Part shown: positions 47,954-59,050 of the stretch, piece by piece | Numbering within the stretch: position 1 is the stretch's first letter | Layout: the number at the start of each line of letters is the position of its first letter | Origin: Chara braunii | Taxonomy: Eukaryota > Plantae > Charophyceae | DNA length: 64,000 nucleotides | Direction of reading: 5' to 3' | Assembly (NCBI GenBank): GCA_003427395.1 | Contig: BFEA01000012.1 | Span: 59,479 to 123,478 of the forward strand | The notes under the pieces: generated by a model | Told to the model about the DNA's origin: nothing | Database searches by the model: none | Seen by the model: the letters and a program-made list of their open reading frames with translations, nothing else | Made by a program: the position numbers and the translations under genes

Positions 47954-50900
47954 TCTCTGACGCTCTAAAGCGTTGGATTGAAGTCATAGAGCAGTATGAC
48001 TTTGAGCCCAATACATCAAGGGCGAGTACAACAAGGTTGCTGATGCGCTGTCGCGTAGACCAGATTTCTCTGGTGCGCTGATCACTGAGTTTGGGCTTGC
48101 GGACGATGTTACTCAATCTATGGTGGAAGCCTATCGCGAGGACCGGTTCATGTCTGAGATCATACGCAGACTCGAGGCGAAGGACAAAGCGACGTCTGCC
48201 GAGTTTGAGTTGGTCAACGGGCTGTTGTTCCTTGGCAGGGAATAAACGTCTGTGTGCCAGATAGGGAATCTTTGCGTAGTTTATTTTTAGGCGAGTGTCA
48301 TGATGCCACGGGACATTTTGGTTTTAAAAAGACTGCAGCCAATCTTCTGCAACGGTTCTGGTGGCCCGCGATGATGAGAGATGCGAAGCTGTACGTGGAA
48401 ACTTGTCAGGTTTGTCAGAGGGACAAGCCACGTACACATGCTCCTCTTGGGCTTTTGAAGCCCCTTCCGATTCCGGAAAGGCCTGGTGAAAGCCTGTCCA
48501 TGGACTTCATGGATACGCTGGTCACCAGCAAGAGCGGAATGAGACACATCTTTGTTATCGTGGATAGGTTTAGTAAGTACGCTAGGTTAGTTGCAATGCC
48601 AGAGACAGCGAAGACTGAGCATGTGATTAAGTTGTTCAAAGAGAACTGGGTTAGAGATTTTGGATTGCCAAAGTCTATAGTCAGTGGCCGTGATGTGCGA
48701 TTCACAAGTGAACTGTGGAAAGCCACAGCTGCTGAACAGGGAACGCAACTGCAGATGACATCAGGAAACCATCCCGAGGCGAATGGACAAGCAGAACAGT
48801 TGAACCGCGCTGCACAACACCTGCTGAGGCATTACATCAAGCCAAATCAGGTAGACTGGGATGAGAAACTTGCTCTCATTGCCAGCCTGTACAACAACAC
48901 AGTCCACAGCGCAACGGGCGTGAGCCTGAATAGTCTACTATTAAACTTTAGAGTTTGCTTATCGATATGAGCAGCTGATGCAGCAGGCTGTTGAACAGAT
49001 GCACAAGGCACAGGCGGCGATGATAGAGTCTGAGAACAAACACCGCCGCCCATCCACGTTTCAGGTAGGAGAGAGAGTCTGGGTCAAGTCCTCAGAACTG
49101 GGACAGGAGCACGGGATCTCCCGCAAGCTCATGCCACAGTACTTTGGACCATGGGAGATTCTGGATGTTGTTGGGAATGAACCGGATGGGCCGTCTTATG
49201 TTATTCGCATCCCCGGTCACTTACGTACGTACCCTGTTTTTCACGCTTCTAAGCTTGCACCGTTCAGAGAGACTGATTAGTTTCCCTCTCGTCGCTCTAT
49301 GCTGCCCCCAACCATGGATGGAGAGGTCGACATCGACGACATTGTTGATCATAGGGAGATGCCAGTTCCAAGACCAACAGGCAGAGGACGTTCTCCAAAA
49401 CCGAAACTGCAGTATCGAGTTCGGTTCAGACATCACACCGATCCAAAGGAGGATAGATGGTTTACAAGAGAGGAACTGATGCAGACCGCTCCACAGGTAG
49501 TCGTTCCCTATGAGAAGTCTCTGCAGAAGGGAAAGCGCCAGATTGTCGAAGACTGAACTTCTCAGAGGACTAGTGAAGTATGGAGGAGGGAATGTGAGGC
49601 ACAAGGCCTCGATAAGCCCTACTGGGCCGCAATTTGCAACAGTGTCGGCCGCCCTAAGTGAAGGCAGGCCCGACAGACCCTAAGAGGCCTATTTTGGACT
49701 ACTTCGCAACTGGGGAAAATTCAGGTAGTTGCACAGCGCCAGTTGGTTGGAAGCGCCCAGGCCCTGGCCTCCTTTATCGAATGCATCTGAGTCAGGCCCT
49801 GGGCAAGATTCGCAGCATAGGCCCAACTCAGGCTGTGGGCAGTTGGGCACAGGTAACTGTCGGTGGCCCTGGGCCAANNNNNNNNNNNNNNNNNNNNNNN
49901 NNNNNNNNNNNNNNNNNNNNNNNNNNNNNNNNNNNNNNNNNNNNNNNNNNNNNNNNNNNNNNNNNNNNNNNNNNNNNNNNNNNNNNNNNNNNNNNNNNNN
50001 NNNNNNNNNNNNNNNNNNNNNNNNNNNNNNNNNNNNNNNNNNNNNNNNNNNNNNNNNNNNNNNNNNNNNNNNNNNNNNNNNNNNNNNNNNNNNNNNNNNN
50101 NNNNNNNNNNNNNNNNNNNNNNNNNNNNNNNNNNNNNNNNNNNNNNNNNNNNNNNNNNNNNNNNNNNNNNNNNNNNNNNNNNNNNNNNNNNNNNNNNNNN
50201 NNNNNNNNNNNNNNNNNNNNNNNNNNNNNNNNNNNNNNNNNNNNNNNNNNNNNNNNNNNNNNNNNNNNNNNNNNNNNNNNNNNNNNNNNNNNNNNNNNNN
50301 NNNNNNNNNNNNNNNNNNNNNNNNNNNNNNNNNNNNNNNNNNNNNNNNNNNNNNNNNNNNNNNNNNNNNNNNNNNNNNNNNNNNNNNNNNNNNNNNNNNN
50401 NNNNNNNNNNNNNNNNNNNNNNNNNNNNNNNNNNNNNNNNNNNNNNNNNNNNNNNNNNNNNNNNNNNNNNNNNNNNNNNNNNNNNNNTTTGGTGAAACTC
50501 GTGATGCAATTCTGCTTTTGGTTCGAGGTCACGACTATCTGGTCTCATGTGTATGATGCTGTTTGATTGCTGAAGTTCACTATTGCTCATCTTCCTTGCA
50601 CTTTATACTAGTCTATTGCACTCTATAGTTCAAATCTTAATTTCCGCGGTCCCAACCTTTAAATCCTAACCTCTGATTTCTAAAGCGTAACTTCAAACAT
50701 CAAAATTCTGAAACTCCGAAACACCAATAATCTTCCCAGCTTCTTAGATTCCAGATCCCTATTTCCTGAAGTCAAAATCTAAATTTCCTACTTCCTAAAC
50801 TCTAAAAGTGCTAAATTCTCCATGTGTAAGGACCTGCCCAAACACAGACTGAGAGCACAGCTGACTTCTGAGTTTTGCCACTGGAATGGATGCCTTGCTG

Positions 50901-53238
50901 AGATTCCCGTTTTCTGCTGAATTTTCTAAGTCTGTATGTGTGCGTGCTTGCTGGTCTGCGTGCCTGTCTGAGTGCTTGACGGCTTGAGTGTGTGTGTGAC
51001 CCGCAAGGGTACTTGCTTGCTTGGGAGGCCCCGTAGGTCCGGTACTTACCTGTGGCCGTGACATTGAGGGTTGCAGCAGGGAAAACACTCAAGTAGCGGG
51101 AGGAGGCCTGCGACACTTAGAGCAGCGGGGAAAAAAACACTCAAGTAGCAGGTAGGCCGGTACCACTCAGGCAGCGCTACTGTCGGGGATTGGAGGCCGA
51201 GCAGAAGAAGGCAAAAGTTGGCATTTTTAGAGCCCCAGTTGTTGTTGGCTACGTCTAGGCGGGTACCACTCCAAGTAGACTGAATCTAGGGCCTGTACGA
51301 GCGATATCAGAGTCTGCAATCATGTTTCCCTCCAAAAGGGAGGAGGTACTGGCTGCTTGGAGGGCGCGCGAACTGGAAGTCACCGCCCAAGAGGCAAGTT
51401 GGCCGCTAAATCTCCAGGAGGAGCGAAGTGCTCCTCATTTCCTGTGTGCAAGTTTGGGCGACACACTGCTGGAGCGAGTGGTGGAGCAGCACTGCTGGGG
51501 AAGGAGCGCCCAGCTCTCCACCTTGGCTATGGTGGAGGAGCTCAGGCAGGAGCAGGAGGAAGAAGGAGGCTAAGGGGGAGGAGAGCCAGGGGTACTGACC
51601 TGGCTATGGTGGACACCATCTTCATCACCTTGGTGGGCGCTGTATCTGCAAGACCCCCGTTGGGGTAGAGCTACACCAAGAAGCTTCGAGGCACAGTCAG
51701 GCATGTCGGCCTGAGTGGAGGCAGCCATAGCTGTTTTCTGTTGTCTTTTGAACGTCATGGAAGGGCCCTAGTAGTCCGCCATAGCCTCAGTCTACGAAGA
51801 GGAAGCAGAAGGGCGGCCATGGCTATGGTGGACCTCAAGTTGTGCTGGCAGGAGAAGAGGATTCCGACATTGATTCTGGTTCTGCCATTCATCATTATTA
51901 TTATTTTTTATTGTTTGAATAAGAAAGGAGTAAAGGAGGAGTTTGGTTGGCGAGGAGAAGGGGGATTATCATTGGTCTTTGCTGGTGTACATCTTCTTCT
52001 TCTTCTTTCCCCCTCTCCCCTCTCAAGCTCATTCATTTCTTTTTGCAATCGAACGCCGTTGTACTTTCTTGTGATTTTCTATCGTAACACATGCCCAAAA
52101 TTCTTAATAAATCCTAATGGCTAGTCGTATCTGATCAAGTATTTTCTGCTGATTGACGAGGTTAATTGCTATGGACTGTGGATAGGCTTTCAGTCTTGTT
52201 TACTCGCACCATCAATTTATAGGGCCGTTTGTCGAAAACATTTTACAAATCTTTTACAAATATATTTGCCTTCTGATTGGGGTTTGCCCGTCAGGTTACG
52301 TCTAGAGCATCACCTTCAGGGTTGGGTCTCTCGGCCCAGAGGAGGGGAACCATATACAACACTAAAAAAGCAAGAACTCAAGTAGCGATTTACAACCAAG
52401 TGAAGAAATTGACAAAATAGAAGACAAACTGAGAGAAAAGCACGCCCAAGGCATAAAGAAGGAAAAATCAAAGTGGCGATTAACAAGGAAGTGAGGAAAT
52501 GGACAATGCATGGAGGAATGAGGCTCACAACAGTAATAGAAGCAAGAAGTCAAGTAGTTATTTACAACGAAGTGAAGAAATCGATAAAGCGTAGGGAGAA
52601 AGGGCGAGAAATCCTGGGAGGACCACACAAGGCGCAAGGTGTAAGTCCTTGAGAGGGTATGGGTGGATATGGGGGCTAGCTCTATTGTAGGCCTGTGGAG
52701 GATTTTCAGGTCATGCATCGGCCCTGGCGAGGACAGATAGAGACAAGGGGCGCTGTTTTCAGCAGGGCCTGGTCTTAGGTGGGCTGTCTCTGTTCGTTTT
52801 TTTTTCTTTTCAAAACGACACAGACCCCTTCCATTATGGGGGGCAGCAGTCTCTGTTGCTCATCACCGGCAAGCATATAGTTCAAGAAATGATACGGGAT
52901 CAGCTGTGGACAAAGGATAACCCAGGGGTTTCGGAGCTAACCCTGGCAGGGTTACCCCGCAGCAGGGTCAAGGGCATCTCGAACTCATGGACCTCCGTCC
53001 GATCCGGAGGCGGTGGAGGGAGGCAGGAACGCACCCAATCGCATCCTCTCCTAGACCAGGGGGGGGGGCATGCTATGACTATGTCCTTGCCCCTGACTCC
53101 ACCCAATCTCCTAGACCAGGGGGGGGGCATGCTATGACTATGCCTTTGCCCCTGACTCCCCCCTCCCCCGCTTCCCCCCCCCCACCCCAAACGGATCGTC
53201 ACAGCCAATGTTTACAACTAGTGCATTTCAATTCCTAA

Positions 53239-56200
53239 TGTTCCTCACTCCCTTCGACGGGCGTGTACGGGGTCCCACCACGAGAGCAGACAGCCGAAGG
53301 GAAGACGGTGGATAAACCGATCCTAAACCGATCCTCACTCCCTTCGACCCCATCCTGGTCAAGCTCGATGAGAGGGCAAAACTCAGCGAAGGCCTGACCT
53401 GGAGGGCATGGGACACAATCACAAAGTTGCCGTACAACGTGCTGAACGAGAGGTTCAGCACGTCCGACAGCATTGCAGATTCGCTGGCTGACATCATCAG
53501 GACCCGCCTATTGACCTCCAAGACCTCGCTGCAGGACGAGGCAACCCCCATCGACGTGGACATGGGAAGGGAAGATTCCGACATGGAGGATGAGGGGGAA
53601 GTAGAGAGGGAAGTGGACAACAAGATCTCCCCTGGGGGAGACGACGCTGGGCCTCCAACGAAGTCGGAGAGCAGCGCTGGGGAGTACGGCCTGAGCTCCT
53701 CAGCAGCCAGCGAGGACAGCAGGGACTCCGACACCGACAGCAGCAAGACCCAGGCAGCTGTGGACTGAATCAACTTACCACACTAGAAATATAACTCCAC
53801 CCCTCAAATTAATGAAATCACAGCACCAAGAACCAAAGAAAAACAGGTAAGGAGGAGAGGAAAAAAAAAAAAAAAAAAAAAAACATCAATAAGAAGCAAT
53901 GCAGAGCTACACAGCAATCAGGAACGAGCAGATCAGCCCACCCAGAATAAACTGGCACGCTAAAGGGCTTCAGATAATCAGCTGGAACGTCAATGGTCTT
54001 GGGAACATTCTGTTCGACAAAGACAAGCTCAGAGATATCCGGACAGGTCTGGTGGGGAAGGACATCCCCAAACCCGACCTCATACTCCTCCAAGAGACAC
54101 ATCTAACCAACCTGAACAGTCACCCGAAGATACAGCAGAGGATGGAGAGAGTTGTAGGAGGATGTGCAGTTTCAATGTGGGCCAACAGAGACGGTCAAAG
54201 CAATAGAGGGACAGCGATACTGATCCCAAAAACGTCGGAAATCCTGACCGAAGGACAGATCCTTAACAGCGAGGGAGATAGAGAGGAAGGGAGATGGTCG
54301 TGGATGGACATCAAGTGGCAAGGTGAGGATCTGCGAATTCTCAACCTGTACGCACCCAACACCGAATCTGACAGACTGATTTTCTTTGAGAATATCAAAC
54401 CCCTCATCCCCAACCCACAACCAGTAATCATTGCAGGGGACTGGAACACAACCCTAGACCCAAACCTGGATCGAATCTCAAGAACGGTACTAATGGGACC
54501 CACTAGAGTGGGCACCCGGATTCGAAACCTGATGACTGAATTCGAACTCTGCGACCCCCTCAGGTCACTGCACCCGGACAAGAGAATTTTCTCCCGAATA
54601 AGGAGAAACCAAGCCAACCGGACTTCGCTGTCCAGGATTGACTACTTGCTCATATCCGAGAGCTTACTCGGAACAGTCAAAGAGGCCGAAAGCCTCCCAT
54701 CAGCAGCCTTTAAAGGACTAGATCACAAACCCATCCAGATGCTGCTCAATTTTAATGTGCATTTCAAACAGGCCAAGGCTTCTTCAAGCTTAACAACTCG
54801 TTATTAAAAACCGAAAGAATGAAGGCGACAGTCCAAGAAAACTGGGCTATCAATAAACAGCGAGAATCAAGGAGAACAAATAGCCACCAATGGTTCATTG
54901 ACAGCTACACAGAACTAACACGATCAGTATCAGCGGAATCAAGAGATATTGCTAGAGACCGAAAAAGAAGAAGGGANNAACTCCAATTNGCGATGGTNGT
55001 CGCTGAAGAAAATCTGGCGGAGGACCCAACTAGTAGTTTCTACCAAGAACTACTAGACGACACCAAAGAGGAACTAAACGAATGGAGAAGATGGGAACTC
55101 AGAGTAGTTTCTGCCAAGAANNNNNNNNNNNNNNNNNNNNNNNNNNNNNNNNNNNNNNNNNNNNNNNNNNNNNNNNNNNNNNNNNNNNNNNNNNNNNNNN
55201 NNNNNNNNNNNNNNNNNNNNNNNNNNNNNNNNNNNNNNNNNNNNNNNNNNNNNNNNNNNNNNNNNNNNNNNNNNNNNNNNNNNNNNNNNNNNNNNNNNNN
55301 NNNNNNNNNNNNNNNNNNNNNNNNNNNNNNNNNNNNNNNNNNNNNNNNNNNNNNNNNNNNNNNNNNNNNNNNNNNNNNNNNNNNNNNNNNNNNNNNNNNN
55401 NNNNNNNNNNNNNNNNNNNNNNNNNNNNNNNNNNNNNNNNNNNNNNNNNNNNNNNNNNNNNNNNNNNNNNNNNNNNNNNNNNNNNNNNNNNNNNNNNNNN
55501 NNNNNNNNNNNNNNNNNNNNNNNNNNNNNNNNNNNNNNNNNNNNNNNNNNNNNNNNNNNNNNNNNNNNNNNNNNNNNNNNNNNNNNNNNNNNNNNNNNNN
55601 NNNNNNNNNNNNNNNNNNNNNNNNNNNNNNNNNNNNNNNNNNNNNNNNNNTGGGCCAGAATCTGATAGCAAGAGCGATCACCCGCCTGACCCTGTGCAAA
55701 AACGCCCAGGCCTCACTAATCGGACGGGCACTACTTATCAACACAGCGATCTTCTCTACACTGTGGTACTTGGCATCAATCTGGTCCCCCCCCCGACGAC
55801 GACCTCAAGGTGCTCAAGAACAGGGTGAGGTGCTATCTGTGGACAGGTGACCCTAACAGGACCACCTGCATCAACAGGGTCGCATGGAGCCACATCACTA
55901 GGAAGCCACAGGAAAGGGGCCTCAGGATAATCAACCCAAAACAGGAATCCATAGCACTACAGATGAAATGGATAGTCAAGATTCTCACCAGACAGTTCCT
56001 CCCGTGGACCCAAATAGCGCTAGACAGCATCAAAACCTAGCTCCCATCAACTCCCCCCCAAACATGAACGGCCTATTCTGGATTATGGCAAAGGACTGGA
56101 CAATCAAGTCCGGCAGAACACGCAAAAGAAACCCCACACAACACATTCCTGCACAGCCCAACACAAACACAACGCAGACAGTCAACAAATATTGGAGCCC

Positions 56201-57897
56201 CACCATCAAAGCATGGCGCAAAATGATGCCGAGCAAACACGGGGCACCTGGTAACAGAGAAGAAGTCCTGAGACAACCGCTATTCTGCAACCCCTGGATC
56301 ACTGACCCCAGTGGAACAACCTGGACCCTACGCCCTCGGGACCGAAGATGGTTATCGTGGGTAGAAAAAGGAGTGTGGCAGGTCAAGCACATCTGGGTAG
56401 AAGACCAAGGACGGTGGGCGACGGATCAGGAACTACGCACCACACTAAAAGGCTGCCACGCCCTCTCCGATAACTTAACAATGATCCAAAATAGCATCCC
56501 AACACAGTGGATCCCCCTCCTTAGTGAGGAATTCTCGTGGAAGTCCGGGGACAGGGGCATACCAGTCTCCCAAACCCAGCCTACCAGAGCATACAGATTC
56601 GTCGCTAGAACAAACCCACCCGGCTACCTATCCAAGTTCTACTCCTACCCGGTAGTAAAACACAGTACAAATGAAATGGAAGTCCAGAACAACGACCCCC
56701 AGAGCGAGATGCTAGAGACTTTCCGACTGAGAAAAGTGAGGGTATCAAAGTCCAAACCTTGGAAAATCTTCCGACCGGATCTAAGCATCTCAGAGCTAGA
56801 ATTCGACCCGAAAGAATGGACATGGAAACAAGGAAACTCAGGGAAGACGAGAACAATAGCAGAATACGATGTCAAATTCGGCTATGATCTAGGCCTACAG
56901 ACCTCAGACCCAGACCCCAGACTCAAAAGCAAATGGAGGGACATACTGAATCTGGACCCCTCGACCCTCATAACCATTCCGTGGACTAAATTCCTAACCA
57001 TTAGACCGGCTAGGATTCGAAGCATGCAATGGCTCTTAGCTCGCGCCTCTCTGCCAACCAATCAGTGGCTCCACAAGAGAAGAAAACACACAGACCCCGA
57101 CAACACTGATATATGCAGACTGTGCATGGACAACACTGTGGAGGACACTTCACTGCCTCTTATACTGCACAGAGGCAACATGGATCTGGAACAAAGTGCG
57201 CATCCTATGGACCTCTCTTTTCTCATCACTCCCCCCGGCCACAACCCCCCTGAACATCCTGCTCCTATCTAACGACACTAACAATCTCAGAGGAGCCAAG
57301 GATGTGTGGTTCCACCTTCTCAGAGAGCTGGCGCTTTGGGTAATCTGGAAGAGGAGATGCTCCAAGACGGTTGAAGGAACAAAGTTGCCTAGAGAGGAAA
57401 TGTGGGTTTTACTGCTGAGAATGGCGGAAACAGAGATTCGTTCCAGATGGCGAGAAATATCCATGACGACAAAAGGCAGACCAGAAAGGACAGCCACAAA
57501 GAGATGTAAATTCATAAGAGACTGGCTTCTACAGGGAAAGATCGCTACAGTGGTGGACAACAGAATGGTGTGGAAGAAGTGGCACAACACAAGAACAAGG
57601 TCCCATTGAAGAACTAACTGAGATTATAATCTCAACAGCCTAGACAACTCCCCCCCTTTCTTGCTTTATACGTAGTATCTGGCAAAGTCATTATAGATTC
57701 TGAGAGGAAAAGAGGTTGGGCAAGCTGAGCAATCAATGCTGGTCAGGGTTCCTTCGGCCAGACAGAAGGAAGCGTGTGGGTGTTCACCATGTATTTCATT
57801 CTCGACTTGCCGGTGGAAAGGAACCGGACTGGCGCTCCCCAGAATGGATATGGAGCCAGGACCATAAGGACCTGTTTAAAAAAAAAACAATAAAAAA
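53239..57897 (+). mobile_element. L1-clade LINE (ORF1 tail, ORF2, 3' UTR, poly(A))
   Basis: TSD aattcctaa at 53230-53238 and 57898-57906; A-tail at 57878-57897. Confidence 0.9.
53899..57609 (+). pseudogene. LINE ORF2: APE endonuclease, N gap where RT should lie, C-terminal zinc finger; frameshifted
   Basis: ISWNVNGL, LLQETH, NLYAPN, GDWN, SRIDY, DHKP; CRLC..E and LWVIWKRR. Confidence 0.9.
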
Positions 57898-58395
57898 AAT
57901 TCCTAAACTTCACTCCCTCCCTTCATTTGTCATCTCGTTTCAATCAAGTCACTTGCACCAGTCCCTTCCCATGTTCCAGTTTAGTTACTAACCTGTTTCA
58001 GATTGTTCCCCCTTGCCCTCCCATCCCACCTATTTACAACTTTACCTGCCCTCCCCCCCTCTCCCCCCCCCCCCCCCCCCAGCATTCCCATGCCCGACCC
58101 ACCTTTCCCACTCTATTCCCTTGCAGTACAGGTCAACCAAGTGTATATGGGTCCCCCTTACCATATATTTTCCAACCCTTCTACTTCGACAAGCTTCTAC
58201 AATTGATTATTTCACACTGCTAGTTGTACAGAGCCTGCCGTACACTATTGATTCTTTCACACTGCTAGTTGTACAGAGCCTGTCCTACACTATGTTACCC
58301 AAACCTTCTCCCGCCAGGATTGTCCATCCCCAGCCCCGTACCTCCGATGGGGGTCCAGGGGTGGGCACCCCCGACCTTGGGTCTGGAAGCAAACC

Positions 58396-58461
<66 letters not shown>

Positions 58462-58769
58462 AAAAAAAATCCCAAGAAAAAAAGTGAGGGGTGGGCAGCA
58501 ATGGCTTGCACCCTGTGGCGCAAAGAGCCACAAATGCAATTTTTCCCACCCCGAACTACCCCCTGGGGACACCATCCCCCGCCTCCAGGGAGGTGGGGTT
58601 GGGGACAGCAGGGGGCGGGAGTGGGGGTGGGGACGGGGACCAGGTCGGGCGCAGGGGTTGGGGGTAAGCACGAAGGTGGGTGTGGAGGTGGGCCCGGGGG
58701 TCAGGATCCCCGCACAGGGAAGGTGCAGGCATTGGAATCCCCGTGCAGGGGTGGGGGTGGGGGCGGGGG

Positions 58770-59050
58770 TGGGCGTCAGGGTCCGGGGGTCCAGGGGTCC
58801 AGGGGTCCACCGTTCGGGGTCCTGGGTCCGGGGATCCGGGGTCCTGAGTCTGGGGTCCGGAGGGATCCAGGGTCTGCAAGTCCAAGGATCCGGGGTTCGA
58901 GGTCCAGGGGTCAAGAGGTCCGGGGTCCATGGCTCCAAAGGTCCGTTGCTGCACCAGGGGTCCAGGGGTCGAGGGTCCGTGGTCCTGGGCGTCCAGGTTC
59001 CGGGGGTCCGGGGCCTGGGGTGCGGTGGTCCGGGGTCGAAGGGTCCGAGG
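58770..59050 (+). repeat. G-rich degenerate 7-8-bp tandem repeat (GGGTCCR)n
   Basis: Dozens of ggggtcc(a/g) variants. Confidence 0.85.

Larger units (their letters stand above)
44720..49556 (+). pseudogene. pol: pol (protease, RT, RNase H, integrase, chromodomain), disrupted
   Basis: YDICSTRNF (PR); [15 protein letters not shown] and YLDD (RT); TTDASQYGIGAVL (RH); HxxxGH..CQVC, SMDF and VDRFSK (IN); YFGPW; IDDIVDHR..QYRVRF (chromodomain). Confidence 0.93.
40515..50600 (+). mobile_element. Decayed near-full-length Ty3/gypsy chromovirus
   Basis: LTRs 40515-41456 and 49593-50600 (TG...CA); TSD cttt; PBS-like tggtatgggagc at 41460; PPT ggaggagggaa at 49582-49592; domain order gag-PR-RT-RH-IN-chromodomain. 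Confidence 0.95.
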
